Positions 8,379 through 17,879 are shown, counted from the stretch's first letter. The stretch: DNA of 64,000 nucleotides from an uncultured bacterium (GCA_963727525.1 CAVSGO010000007.1:2240001-2304000); one strand, 5' to 3'. The notes: generated from the letters alone by a model not told the origin. Numbers and translations: made by a program.

Positions 8379-11177
8379 CTACTGCGCGGCTTTGCGGGCG
8401 CGCGGGGTGAGAGCGGCCGTGACCGCCGCGGCAAGGGCCGCCAGTCCCTTCGCGTGTTCGGTCCCCAGATGCACGTGCATCACGCGGCGACCGCCATCGC
8501 GCAGGCTACGGCGATCGCCCAGGCCCTGCATCAGGCGCAGCCGACCGAAGTCGTAGTCCTGTCCCAGCACGGCCACGCGGGCCTTCCCGTCTTCGGTGAT
8601 CAACAGGAACCGGCCGTGGTTCGTCCCGCCCTTGTGGTACTGCCCCGTCGAATGCAGGTAGCGCGGGCCATAGCCAACCGTGGTGGCTACGCCGAGGCGG
8701 TCGCGCAGGGTCGTTCGCAAGCGCTGAAGCATCGCCGTGGTGGCGTCGTCCTCGGTGACGTAGGCCAGAATCGCCAAGTAGTCGCCGGATTCGCACCCGG
8801 CGAGGAATTCGCGCAGCGCGGCCGCATCAGGCACTCCGCCGAGATCGTCGGTCGCCGGCGGCCGACCGGCGGCCAGCAGATTGCGTGTGTTCTGCTTCGC
8901 CGATTCCACATCGGGTTGGTCGAAAGGATCGAGGTCGAGCACCGCGCCGGCCACGGCCGTGGCGATTTCCCAGCGCATGAACTCCTGACCCAGATCCAGG
9001 AGATCGTCGAGCTGGATCGTCACCACGGGTTGCCCCGCCTCGCGCAGCGCCGACACGCTACGATCAAGTGCGCCCTCCGCCTCGCCCAGCACGCGCAGGT
9101 GCACGAAGAGCCGGTCATCGCCGTACACCTCGGGCGGCCCCACCGGCTCTGCGGCCACCGGCAGCAGGCCACGGCCGCGCTTGCCCGTGCTCTCGGCCAG
9201 GAGCTGCTCCAGCCACATCGCCAGCGGCGCCACGACCGGCGGCGCCAGGAACGTGATCTTGTCGCGACCACCGCGCCCGGCTTCGCCGAGCACGGCGCCG
9301 AGCCATACACCGGGGTTGTCCCGAGCCGCCACCTCGGCGCGCGAGGCATGCGCCATGCGCAGCGCTCGCGCCAGGATCTCGTCCACGGCGACACCGGCCA
9401 GCGCGGCCGGCACCAGCCCGAACCAGGTGAGTGCGGAGTAGCGGCCCCCGATGTCGGCGAAGTTCACGAACGCGCGCCGCACGCCGCGCTCCCGCGCCAG
9501 AGCCACAAGAGGCGTACCGGGATCTGTGATCACCACGAAATGCTCGCCGGCCGCATCGCCGCGCGCGGCGCGCAACAGCGCCCAGAAGTGATCGAAGAGG
9601 GCCCGCGGTTCGGTGGTCGTGCCAGACTTGCTGGCCACGATGAAGAGAGTGTGGTCCAGGGGAAGCTCTTGCGTCAGGCGGGCCACGGTGTCGGGGTCGG
9701 TGGTGTCGACCACGGTGAGCGATCCATCGCCGAGCGTGCGCTGGAACACGAGGGCCGCCAGGCTGCTGCCGCCCATCCCCAGATGTACCACGTGGGTGAA
9801 GCCCGCATCGCGCACCTCGCGCGCGAAGACGGCCAGATCGACGAGCCGCCCCACCATCGCGGCCGGGGCGCCGAGCCAGCCGAGCGACGCCTCCACCTGG
9901 CGGACAGTCTCCCGATCATCGCTCCACAGGCTGCCATCGCGTCGCCACAGCCGCGTGGCGAAGTCGTCCTCGTCGAGCCGGGCCAGGCGCGCCGTCACGT
10001 TCGTCTGCAGCGGTCCCAGGCTGGCGGCCGTACGGTCCACCGGCTCGGCGATCGCCGCGTCGCGGCGCGCGGCCAGTTCCTGCATCACCGTGTCGAATGG
10101 TTTCTCGAACTTGACGATCCCCTCGTCCTCGAGCTGCGCCGTCACCGCATCGATGTCGATACCCACGGTCGCCAGCTCGGCGACCACCTGGCGTGGCGAG
10201 CGCTCCGGTTCCGCGAGCAAGCGTGCCTCGGGCCGTCCGTGATCGCGGTACGCGTCGAGGGTGCCGCGCGGGAGGGTGTTGACGGTCTGCGGGCCGACGA
10301 GGGCCTCGACGTACTTCACGTCGCTGTAGTCGGGATTCTTCGTGCTCGTGCTGGCCCAGAGCACCTGTTGCGGACGCGCCCCGCGCTCACGTAACTCGGC
10401 GAAGCGCGGACCGTCGAAGACTTCACGATACGTGGCGTAGGCGAGTTGCGCGCTGGCGATGGCCACCTGGCCGCGCAACCGGGCGATGATGGTGGCGCCG
10501 TAGCGGTCGGCCTGCACGCGTTCCGCGAGCAGCCTGTCCACCAGCACGTCGATGCGGCTGAGGAAGAAACTGGCCACCGAAGCCACGCGCTCCACGCTGG
10601 CGCCCGCGGCAAACCTTTGCTCCAGCCCGGCCAGATAAGCTTCCACGACCTCACGATAGCGCCCGAGCGAAAAGAGCAGCGTGACGTTGACGTTGATGCC
10701 CTCGCTGATCAAGCGCGTGATGGCCGGCAGCCCCTCGCGCGTGCCCGGCACCTTGATGAACACGTTGGGCCGATCCACGGCGCGCCACAGCGTCCGCGCC
10801 TGGTCCAGCGTGCCGGCCGTATCACGCGCAAGGTGGGGATCGACCTCGAGGCTCACGAAGCCGTGGTGGCCGTCCGACGCGTTGTGCAGCGCCAGGAAGG
10901 CGTCGGCCGCGCCGCGCACGTCGGCCACGGTGAGTTTCCGGTAGATCGCGGCAGGGTCGTGTCCGGCGAGGGCGAGCGCGCGGATGGCCGCGTCATACTC
11001 GTGCCCAGCGTCGATGGCCTTGGTGAAGATGGCGGGATTGGAGGTCAGCCCGCGCAGGCCATCCTCCTCGATGAGCCGCCGCAGCTCGCCGCTGACGATC
11101 ATCTCGCGACGGATGTCGTCGAGCCAGATGCTCTGTCCGAATTCTGCCAGCGCTCGCAAGGGATTGCGGGCCGTCAT
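8379..11177 (-). CDS. tal-pgi: Bifunctional transaldolase / glucose-6-phosphate isomerase
   Basis: N-half GQSIWLD, GLTSNPAIF, FIKVPGT, NVTLLFS; C-half GMGGSSL, SKSGTTTE, DIGGRYSAL, EQLLAESTGK, PFDQPDVESAK. Confidence 0.93.
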   Translation of the reverse strand: MTARNPLRALAEFGQSIWLDDIRREMIVSGELRRLIEEDGLRGLTSNPAIFTKAIDAGHEYDAAIRALALAGHDPAAIYRKLTVADVRGAADAFLALHNASDGHHGFVSLEVDPHLARDTAGTLDQARTLWRAVDRPNVFIKVPGTREGLPAITRLISEGINVNVTLLFSLGRYREVVEAYLAGLEQRFAAGASVERVASVASFFLSRIDVLVDRLLAERVQADRYGATIIARLRGQVAIASAQLAYATYREVFDGPRFAELRERGARPQQVLWASTSTKNPDYSDVKYVEALVGPQTVNTLPRGTLDAYRDHGRPEARLLAEPERSPRQVVAELATVGIDIDAVTAQLEDEGIVKFEKPFDTVMQELAARRDAAIAEPVDRTAASLGPLQTNVTARLARLDEDDFATRLWRRDGSLWSDDRETVRQVEASLGWLGAPAAMVGRLVDLAVFAREVRDAGFTHVVHLGMGGSSLAALVFQRTLGDGSLTVVDTTDPDTVARLTQELPLDHTLFIVASKSGTTTEPRALFDHFWALLRAARGDAAGEHFVVITDPGTPLVALARERGVRRAFVNFADIGGRYSALTWFGLVPAALAGVAVDEILARALRMAHASRAEVAARDNPGVWLGAVLGEAGRGGRDKITFLAPPVVAPLAMWLEQLLAESTGKRGRGLLPVAAEPVGPPEVYGDDRLFVHLRVLGEAEGALDRSVSALREAGQPVVTIQLDDLLDLGQEFMRWEIATAVAGAVLDLDPFDQPDVESAKQNTRNLLAAGRPPATDDLGGVPDAAALREFLAGCESGDYLAILAYVTEDDATTAMLQRLRTTLRDRLGVATTVGYGPRYLHSTGQYHKGGTNHGRFLLITEDGKARVAVLGQDYDFGRLRLMQGLGDRRSLRDGGRRVMHVHLGTEHAKGLAALAAAVTAALTPRARKAAQ

Positions 11178-11181
11178 GGCG

Positions 11182-11631
11182 TCACCTCCGATGTTCCAGG
11201 GCCGTGAGCTTCGCGAGGCGGCGCAGATGGCGTTCGCCGCCCGCGAAGCGGGCCGAGAGGAAAATCTGGGCGAGGTCGCGCGCCAACGCCACGGCCAGCA
11301 CGCGTCCTCCCAGGCACATGATGTTCATATCGTCATGCTCCACGCCCTGATGGGCGGAGTAGACGTCGGTGATGAGGGCGGCGCGCACGCCGGCCACCTT
11401 GTTGGCCGCGATGGCGGCGCCCACGCCGCTGCCGCACACGGCGATGCCCCGCGCCACGTCACCGCGCACCACGGCGCGGGCCAGGGGGACGACGACATCC
11501 GGATAGTCATCGTCCAGCGCCAGCACCACGGCGCCGTAGTCCACGATCTCGTGGCCCACCTCCGTAAGAAACCGGACGAGCTGTTCCTTCAGCGGGAACC
11601 CACCGTGGTCCGCGGCCAGGCCGACGCGCAT
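11182..11631 (-). CDS. rpiB: Ribose-5-phosphate isomerase B
   Basis: 3' part of ORF 11182..12678: MRVGLAADHGG, DDYPD, CGSGVG, ANKVAGVRAA, RHLRRLAK; overlaps tkt stop. Confidence 0.93.
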   Translation of the reverse strand: MRVGLAADHGGFPLKEQLVRFLTEVGHEIVDYGAVVLALDDDYPDVVVPLARAVVRGDVARGIAVCGSGVGAAIAANKVAGVRAALITDVYSAHQGVEHDDMNIMCLGGRVLAVALARDLAQIFLSARFAGGERHLRRLAKLTALEHRR

Positions 11632-13478
11632 CACACGATCTCCCGCACGCGCGCCACGATCGCGGTTCGTGAGATGCCCTCGTAGTCGAGCAGCTCGTCC
11701 GGCTTGCCGCTGCGCGGCTTCTGCCTCACGGCCAGCGAGTACACGGGTGCCGCGTTGCCCACGGCCTCGCGCACCGCGTCGGCCATGCCGCCCTCGGGGT
11801 AGTGGTCTTCCACCACCAGGATGTTGCCGGTCTGGTGCGCCGACTGCGTGAGCGTGGCCACGTCCACCGGTTTGACGCTGTAGAGATCGATCACCCTCGT
11901 CGTGATGCCGACCTGCAGCAGGTCGTTGTGCGCCTTCAGGGCCTCGTGCAGCGTGATGCCGGCGGCGACGATGGTCAAATGGTCGTCGGCGCTCTCGGCC
12001 AGCACCTTGCAGCCGCCCACCGGGAACACCTCGTCGGAGCCGTAGATGATCGGCGTCTTCGCACGCGTCGTGCGCACGTAGACGATGCCTTGATGCTTGA
12101 TGGCCTCCTCGACCAGCCGCTCGGCCGCGTAGGCATCGGCCGGATAGAGTACCACGGAGCCGAGCATGGACCGGAACATCGCCAGGTCCTCGAGCGCCAT
12201 TTGCGACGGGCCATCCTCGCCGATCGACACGCCCGCGTGCGATCCCACGATCTTGAGGTTCGCGTCCGAGTACTGGCTCATGCGGATCTGGTCGTGCGCG
12301 CGGCTCAGAAACGCGGCGAAGGTCGCCACGAACGGCACCTGTCCGCGAATGGCCAGCCCGAGTCCGGCCCCCACCATCGACTGCTCGGCGATGTACATCT
12401 CGAAGAACCGCGACGCGTGGGCCTCGGCGAAAATCTCCGTCATCGTGGAGTTGCCCACCTCGCCATCGAGCGCCACGAGGGCGGGGTAACGCGGGTAGAG
12501 CCGGGCCAGCGCATTGCCGTACGCGGTCCGCGTGGCCACGGCCTTGCCCTTCTCGTAACGCGGCTCCGGCACGGAGGCGATCGCCGCCGATCGCTCCGGC
12601 TCCAGCCCGGCCGGTTTCGGGATCGTGCCCCGCGCCGCCTGGTCGATCTCGCCGAGCCCGGCGATGGCCCGGTCGCACTGTTCCTGGTCGAGCGCCTTGC
12701 CATGGAAGCCGTTGCGGTCGGCCACTTCCGGCACACCCTGCCCCTTGATGGTCCGCGCGATGATCATGATCGGCTTATCAGCCACCGACGCCACACGCTC
12801 GTACGCCGCCGTCACCTCGCCGAGGTCGTGTCCGTCGACGACGATGGTTTCCCAGCCGAACGCTGCGGCGCGGCGCTCGTAGGCCGCCAGATCGTGCCCA
12901 TGCATCGTCTCGCCGCGCTGGCCGAGTCGATTCACGTCGAGCACGCCCACGAGATTGCCGAGCCCGTAATGCGCGGCCAGTTCCATGGCTTCCCACTGCG
13001 ACCCTTCGGCCATCTCGCTGTCTCCAAGCAGCACATAGGTGCGATAGGGCAGCTTGTCGAGATAGCGCGCGTTGAGCGCCATGCCCAGACCGATGGCCAG
13101 ACCCTGCCCGAGCGAACCTGTGGCCGCCTCGGTGTACCGGAACGCGCGCGTCGGATGACCCTCCAGCGGACTGCCGAACTGCCGGTATGTGCCCATCTGC
13201 TCCGGCGTGACGCGATCGGCCGCGAGCCACAGGGCGTAGAACAGCGGCGATGCGTGACCTTTCGAGAAGATGAGGCGATCATTGTTGGGATGCTCGGGGT
13301 GATCGAGATCATAGCGGAACGTGCCACCGAACATCAGCCCCACCATCAATTCCACGGCCGACAGCGACGACGTCGGGTGGCCGCTGCCCGCCTTGGTCGT
13401 CGCGGTGATGATGTGATAGCGAACGAGCGCGGAAAGCTTCTGCAGTTCGACAATGCGGGCAGGATCGTTCACAGCCAT
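11631..13478 (-). CDS. tkt: Transketolase
   Basis: SGHPTSSLS, SKGHA, TGSLGQG, GDSEMAEG (TPP motif), YIAEQSM, GEDGPSQ; RBS GGAGG. Confidence 0.95.
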   Translation of the reverse strand: MAVNDPARIVELQKLSALVRYHIITATTKAGSGHPTSSLSAVELMVGLMFGGTFRYDLDHPEHPNNDRLIFSKGHASPLFYALWLAADRVTPEQMGTYRQFGSPLEGHPTRAFRYTEAATGSLGQGLAIGLGMALNARYLDKLPYRTYVLLGDSEMAEGSQWEAMELAAHYGLGNLVGVLDVNRLGQRGETMHGHDLAAYERRAAAFGWETIVVDGHDLGEVTAAYERVASVADKPIMIIARTIKGQGVPEVADRNGFHGKALDQEQCDRAIAGLGEIDQAARGTIPKPAGLEPERSAAIASVPEPRYEKGKAVATRTAYGNALARLYPRYPALVALDGEVGNSTMTEIFAEAHASRFFEMYIAEQSMVGAGLGLAIRGQVPFVATFAAFLSRAHDQIRMSQYSDANLKIVGSHAGVSIGEDGPSQMALEDLAMFRSMLGSVVLYPADAYAAERLVEEAIKHQGIVYVRTTRAKTPIIYGSDEVFPVGGCKVLAESADDHLTIVAAGITLHEALKAHNDLLQVGITTRVIDLYSVKPVDVATLTQSAHQTGNILVVEDHYPEGGMADAVREAVGNAAPVYSLAVRQKPRSGKPDELLDYEGISRTAIVARVREIV

Positions 13479-13600
13479 GACGTGATACCTCCAGGAACGA
13501 GAACGCCTCGCGTTTCGTCGAGGTCAGCGTCGGCGAGGGCGTGCGTTTGCAGGCAACGTAACGGCGGTCGCGGGAACCGGCAACGCGAGGCCCGGCGGCG

Positions 13601-13629
13601 TTGACGCGCGTGCGAACCACGACTAGCGT
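13601..13629 (+). promoter_or_regulatory. Sigma70-like promoter of the oxidoreductase gene
   Basis: TTGACG, 17-nt spacer, TAGCGT upstream of ATG 13665. Confidence 0.4.
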
Positions 13630-13664
13630 GGGTGCGGATTTGCACTCGAGAAAGGATATCGCCG

Positions 13665-14324
13665 ATGGATTTTCAGGCGACCGTGCTGCATATGGAGTTC
13701 GTCACCCACAACGTGATGAGCTTCATTCTCAGCAAGCCCGCGGGCTTCACCTTCGTGCCCGGCCAGGGCATCGATCTCGCCGTCGACCGTCCCAACTGGC
13801 GCGAGGAGATTCGCCCCTTCTCCATGACATCGCTGCCCGAGGACCACGTCCTCGAGTTCATCATCAAGGACTACCCGGAGCGCCACGGTGTGACCGAGCG
13901 CATGACGCTTCTGAAACCAGGCGACCATGTCCTGCTGGGGCAGCCCTTCGGCTCCCTGGTGTACCGGGGTAAGGGCACGTTCATCGCCGGCGGCACCGGT
14001 ATCACGCCGATGCTAGCGATCCTGCGCGACATGGCCCGTCGCGGCGAGATCGACGGCCAGCAGTTGATCTTCACCAACCACGCGCCCCGCGACATCATCG
14101 CCGAACGCGAACTCCAGCATTACCTGGGTGACCGCTGCGTGCTCACGTGCACGCAGGTCGAGGCGCCCGGCTATCGGCATGGTCGGGTCGACCAGGACCT
14201 GTTGCAGGAGACGATCGCGGATCTCGGCCAGTATTTCTACGTGTGCGGTCCACCTGGCTTCACCAAGGACGTACGCCGCGCCCTGCTCGCGCTGGGCGCT
14301 GCCGCCGACCACATCCTGATCTAG
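13665..14324 (+). CDS. FAD/NAD(P)-binding oxidoreductase (ferredoxin/flavodoxin-NADP reductase-like)
   Basis: RPFSMTS, FIAGGTGITPM, FYVCGPP; RBS AAAGGA. Confidence 0.88.
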   Translation: MDFQATVLHMEFVTHNVMSFILSKPAGFTFVPGQGIDLAVDRPNWREEIRPFSMTSLPEDHVLEFIIKDYPERHGVTERMTLLKPGDHVLLGQPFGSLVYRGKGTFIAGGTGITPMLAILRDMARRGEIDGQQLIFTNHAPRDIIAERELQHYLGDRCVLTCTQVEAPGYRHGRVDQDLLQETIADLGQYFYVCGPPGFTKDVRRALLALGAAADHILI

Positions 14325-14623
14325 ACCATCGCCTCCACGGGCACGAGAAACGCGCGGATCGGATGATCCGAGTGTTCGCTCTCGCCAATCCGCCGGATCT
14401 CGGCGACGATCGCCGCGGCCGCGTCGTCGGCGATGATGGCGAAGCACAGCGTGCCGTAGGACGGGATCTCGTCCGGCGTCGCGAACCAGCCGAACTTGGC
14501 CACGGTCTGTGGCGTGTGTCCGACGATCTGCGCTTCGCTGTAGATCTGCACGTTGTGCCTCTTCATGAGTTCACGGATGCGATCACGGTCTTCTTGCAGG
14601 CTCATGACCCCGACCAGTTTCAT
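14321..14623 (-). CDS. Small PII-like protein
   Basis: About 100 aa with a ferredoxin-like pattern ending PIRAFLVPVE, resembling the PII GKIFVxPVE end; RBS AAAGGA before ATG 14623. Confidence 0.55.
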   Translation of the reverse strand: MKLVGVMSLQEDRDRIRELMKRHNVQIYSEAQIVGHTPQTVAKFGWFATPDEIPSYGTLCFAIIADDAAAAIVAEIRRIGESEHSDHPIRAFLVPVEAMV

Positions 14624-14661
14624 GAGTGGCGTCCTTTCTGTACGGGACAACGATAGTTCAG

Positions 14662-14694
14662 GATCTATATATAAATAATTGCGAACAATTGCAA
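14662..14694 (-). promoter_or_regulatory. AT-rich promoter with TTGC-N8-GCAA palindrome upstream of the PII-like gene
   Basis: Minus strand TTGCAA-17 nt-TATATA; palindrome at 14679-14694. Confidence 0.4.
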
Positions 14695-14765
14695 CAAAGC
14701 AGGCCGCGCCTGGCCCGTATCCACGTCATGCCATTGACCAGTAGTAACTTATGGAATATATGGAC

Positions 14766-14794
14766 GGGGCCGCCCACCTGAGGCGGGCGGCCCC
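14766..14794 (-). terminator. GC-rich hairpin, probable terminator
   Basis: GGGGCCGCCC...GGGCGGCCCC 10-bp stem just after the stop of 14801..15436. Confidence 0.5.
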
Positions 14795-14800
14795 TTGCGG

Positions 14801-15436
14801 TCACTGGAACATCGTCTTCACGGCGCCCCAGGTCGCCGGCTCCGTGGCGACGGTGGTCGAGATCACCATGTGGTCGAAGACCCAGCCGATCGGTTCGGCG
14901 AAGCTGTCGTTGATGGTGCAGTAGAAGCTGGTCAACCCCGTGTAGTCGTAGGTCCCCACGGCATCGAGGATGTCGAGCGAGGCGAGCGTGTCGCCGGTGT
15001 ACCCTACCTGGTAGTTGAGAGTGAAGTACGGCGCGATGCCGCCCGGAACGTCCAGTGGCAACTCCCCCGGGAAGTCGACACCCGTGCTCGAGAGGAAGAA
15101 GCCATCGACGGCCGGATCGTTGTTGCGCATCACGAAGTACGGCGTCTGGCCCGCGGGGAAGGGATCCTGCAGTCCCGCCGTCGCCGGTCCGATCACGAGC
15201 GAGAACGAGGCCTGATCGATGACATAGCCGCGCGTGGGATAGGTGGAACTGTCGACGTAGTTGGCCGTGTCGAGCTGGAACGAGATGACGACGGGATCGC
15301 CGGGGCTGACGGTGCCGAACTCGCCACTGTTCACCTGGTTGTATTCCACGTCGCCGAACACCTCCACCTGGACGGTGTCCGCGAGTAGCGGAGCCGCGAC
15401 GAGCGCGACGAGCAAGAACGCAATCACCAGTTTCAT
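14801..15436 (-). CDS. Secreted beta-rich protein with C-terminal TWGAVKTMFQ tail
   Basis: RBS AGGAGG, MKLVIAFLLVALVAAPLLA signal peptide, acidic beta-rich body, ends EPATWGAVKTMFQ. Confidence 0.8.
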   Translation of the reverse strand: MKLVIAFLLVALVAAPLLADTVQVEVFGDVEYNQVNSGEFGTVSPGDPVVISFQLDTANYVDSSTYPTRGYVIDQASFSLVIGPATAGLQDPFPAGQTPYFVMRNNDPAVDGFFLSSTGVDFPGELPLDVPGGIAPYFTLNYQVGYTGDTLASLDILDAVGTYDYTGLTSFYCTINDSFAEPIGWVFDHMVISTTVATEPATWGAVKTMFQ

Positions 15437-15534
15437 GAAAAATCCTCCTGTCCATGGGAGCAGCGATAATCTGGACCGGCCCAGTATACGCTCACCATGG
15501 TCGCCGATACGAGCCCTATCGCCCGAACGTGCAC

Positions 15535-15560
15535 TTGACAAACCAGACATCCGTCTGTTT
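15535..15560 (+). promoter_or_regulatory. lexA promoter with candidate LexA operator CAGAC-N4-GTCTG
   Basis: TTGACA at 15535-15540 followed by CAGACATCCGTCTG (15544-15557); same motif occurs upstream of imuA. Confidence 0.65.
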
Positions 15561-15586
15561 CCATGTGACGATGGAAAGGAGTCCTC

Positions 15587-16204
15587 ATGGCCCACACCCC
15601 TGCCGGTGAGACCCGCCGCGAGGTGCTCGACTTCGTGCGCCGGCGCATCCTCGCCGGCCAGCCGCCCACCACACGCGAGGTGCAGCAACACTTCGGCTTC
15701 AAGGCCGTGCAGTCGGCGCGCCAGCACCTGGAGACACTGGTGACCGAGGGTAAGCTCACCAAGCAGCCCGGACGCGCCCGCGGCTACGGCCTGCCCGCCG
15801 GCACCACTGGTCCGACCGGCCCACCGCGTCTCGTACCCATCCTCGGCCGCGTGCAGGCCGGCGCCCTCTCCGAGGCCATCGAGGCGCCCGAGGGCTACCT
15901 GCCCGTGAGCGGTCGGCCGGCCGACGAACCACTCTTCGCCCTCGCCGTACGCGGCGAGAGCATGAGCGGCGCGGGCATCCTGCCCGGCGACCTCATCGTG
16001 GTCCGCCAGCAGGAGAAGGCGGACGACGGTACCATCGTCGTCGCACTCGTCGGGGACGAGGCGACCGTCAAGCGCCTGCACCACCGCCGCGGCCACATCG
16101 AGTTGCACGCCGAGAACCCAGCCTTCGCCCCCATCGTACCCGAACACGGCGCCGAGGTGCGCGTGCTGGGCGTGGTGGTCGAGGTGCATCGCTGGCTGGA
16201 GTAG
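15587..16204 (+). CDS. lexA: SOS transcriptional repressor LexA
   Basis: N-terminal wHTH PPTTREVQQHFGF; cleavage site GRVQAG; catalytic Ser VRGESM; Lys EATVKR. Confidence 0.95.
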   Translation: MAHTPAGETRREVLDFVRRRILAGQPPTTREVQQHFGFKAVQSARQHLETLVTEGKLTKQPGRARGYGLPAGTTGPTGPPRLVPILGRVQAGALSEAIEAPEGYLPVSGRPADEPLFALAVRGESMSGAGILPGDLIVVRQQEKADDGTIVVALVGDEATVKRLHHRRGHIELHAENPAFAPIVPEHGAEVRVLGVVVEVHRWLE

Positions 16205-16213
16205 GGCCCGTAC

Positions 16214-16867
16214 CTATCGCCCGCCGGGGCTGAATTGCAGCCCCACGGTGAAGACCGTGTCGATCTGGGTCTGGTCCTGGGTCCGGGCACCGGCGAACTC
16301 GTAGTATAGCGTGTGGAGATAGGCGTCGAGATCGGCTCGCAGCGCCACGGTCTGGTTCAGAGGTATCCAACCGCCGAGCCCGATCACGCCGGTCGCGATG
16401 GTGCCGCCGTCGATCAACTCGTTGTAGGTCGTCCCCTGGAACCCGAAGCCGCCGTGTAGCAGGAGCCGCCGCTCGGGTCCGAGTCCGATCGCGATCTGCG
16501 CCGAACCATAGAAAAGGTTGGCGTCGATGGAACCGGCCGACTCACCCGCAATCGCGCCGTCGAGCGACGAACCGAAGTAGGCGCCGGCCGCCTCGAGCGC
16601 CACGCTGTCGTTCAACCAGATCGAGATCCGTCCGCCGAAGCCAAGACCATTGGCGAACTTGGCCGTCGCGCCGCCCTCGTCGACGGCATTCGCGAGCGGG
16701 TTGAAATATGCCAATCCGGGCGTGAGGTCGACGCGCGTCGCCGCCTGCGCAGTAGGAGTGGTGAGTGCGGCCATGGCCACGATCAGTGCCACGACCAGGG
16801 CCACGGAACCGCGCAACGGCGGAACCCGCAGCATCGCGCTCGAGATCGGATCGTCTCGTCGGAACAT
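16214..16867 (-). CDS. Outer-membrane beta-barrel protein (OmpA/OmpW-like)
   Basis: Signal peptide ending AQA, alternating amphipathic strands, C-terminal VFTVGLQF; start uncertain. Confidence 0.65.
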   Translation of the reverse strand: MFRRDDPISSAMLRVPPLRGSVALVVALIVAMAALTTPTAQAATRVDLTPGLAYFNPLANAVDEGGATAKFANGLGFGGRISIWLNDSVALEAAGAYFGSSLDGAIAGESAGSIDANLFYGSAQIAIGLGPERRLLLHGGFGFQGTTYNELIDGGTIATGVIGLGGWIPLNQTVALRADLDAYLHTLYYEFAGARTQDQTQIDTVFTVGLQFSPGGR

Positions 16868-17051
16868 GGATAAGTCTCCCGTGAACGTGTACGCACGGTC
16901 CCCCGCACGGGGCCGTTTGGAACAGACGCACGGGAATGCCTTCAATCCGATCACCCTGTTCTTCGCGGCACCCGCGGGCGCCAGCGAAACGACGCGCGTG
17001 GCGATATCCTGTCCGGGCATTCGCGTCGAGCCCTCATACCCGGGAGTTCCG

Positions 17052-17804
17052 ATGTTCCATCCCGCACGCATCCTGGCCGCTCTCATCCTCGTGACGATCG
17101 TCGGCGGCGCGCAGGCTGGTCCTCCATTTCGCACCGACGATCCCGAGCCCGTGCCGTACCGCCACTGGGAGTTCTATCTCGCATCGACGGGCGGGACCGA
17201 CGCGGGCGGCTCGGCATTCACCGCGCCCCATTTCGAGGCCAACTACGGCCCGGTTCCGGGCGTGCAGATCCACATGATCGCCCCCCTGATGTCCGTGCGC
17301 CCGGACGGCGCGCCCTCGCACTTCGGCTTCGGCGACATGGAACTCGGTGCCAAGCTCCGCTTCCTGCAGGAAACCGACGGCCGGCCGCAGGTCGGCGTCT
17401 TCCCTCTCGTGCTCGTCCCGACGGGTTCCACCGGGAAGGGGTTGGGCAGCGGCGAGACGGAGGTCTACGTGCCCGTGTGGATCCAGAAAGACATTGGCGC
17501 GTGGACCACCTACGGCGGCGGTGGCGTGTGGTTCAACGGCGGCGAAGGCAACCAGGATTCATACTTCGTCGGCTGGGAGGCGCAGCGCGCGGTGTCCTCG
17601 ACGATCACGCTCGGCGGCGAGGTGTTCCACGAGACCGCCGCGGAAAAGGACGGCCGCGCCAGCACGGGCTTCACGCTCGGCACGGTCATCGACTTCAGCG
17701 AACTCCACCATCTCCTGCTCTCCGCGGGCCGCGCCATCTCCGGGCCCAACGAATTCTCGTTCTTCGTGGGATATCAGATCACGGTCGGGCCCGGGTCTGG
17801 CTGA
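17052..17804 (+). CDS. Putative outer-membrane transporter (Phenol_MetA_deg-like beta-barrel)
   Basis: Signal peptide then GPPFRTDDP; GFGDMELGAKLRF; amphipathic strands; GGGAG RBS. Confidence 0.7.
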   Translation: MFHPARILAALILVTIVGGAQAGPPFRTDDPEPVPYRHWEFYLASTGGTDAGGSAFTAPHFEANYGPVPGVQIHMIAPLMSVRPDGAPSHFGFGDMELGAKLRFLQETDGRPQVGVFPLVLVPTGSTGKGLGSGETEVYVPVWIQKDIGAWTTYGGGGVWFNGGEGNQDSYFVGWEAQRAVSSTITLGGEVFHETAAEKDGRASTGFTLGTVIDFSELHHLLLSAGRAISGPNEFSFFVGYQITVGPGSG

Positions 17805-17879
17805 CCCAGTGGTGCCGGCACCAGTGCCGTACGGCGTGGACTTGCGCCGGCGTAAGTCCCGGCGACCCGGCGTGCGCGC

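Noticed and set aside
8379-11177. Transaldolase-phosphoglucose isomerase fusion as a novelty
   Set aside because: Known bifunctional family, commonly found in such pentose-phosphate operons
13505-13591. 10-bp inverted repeat GCCTCGCGTT / AACGCGAGGC between tkt and the oxidoreductase
   Set aside because: Long spacer and GC-rich; plausible by chance; no recognisable riboswitch or MITE features
2881-13604. Long antisense or alternative-frame ORFs (e.g. 2881..5217 -, 7749..10394 +, 11802..13604 +)
   Set aside because: Shadow ORFs typical of high-GC DNA; Arg/Gly/Ala-rich, no motifs, and they overlap well-supported genes
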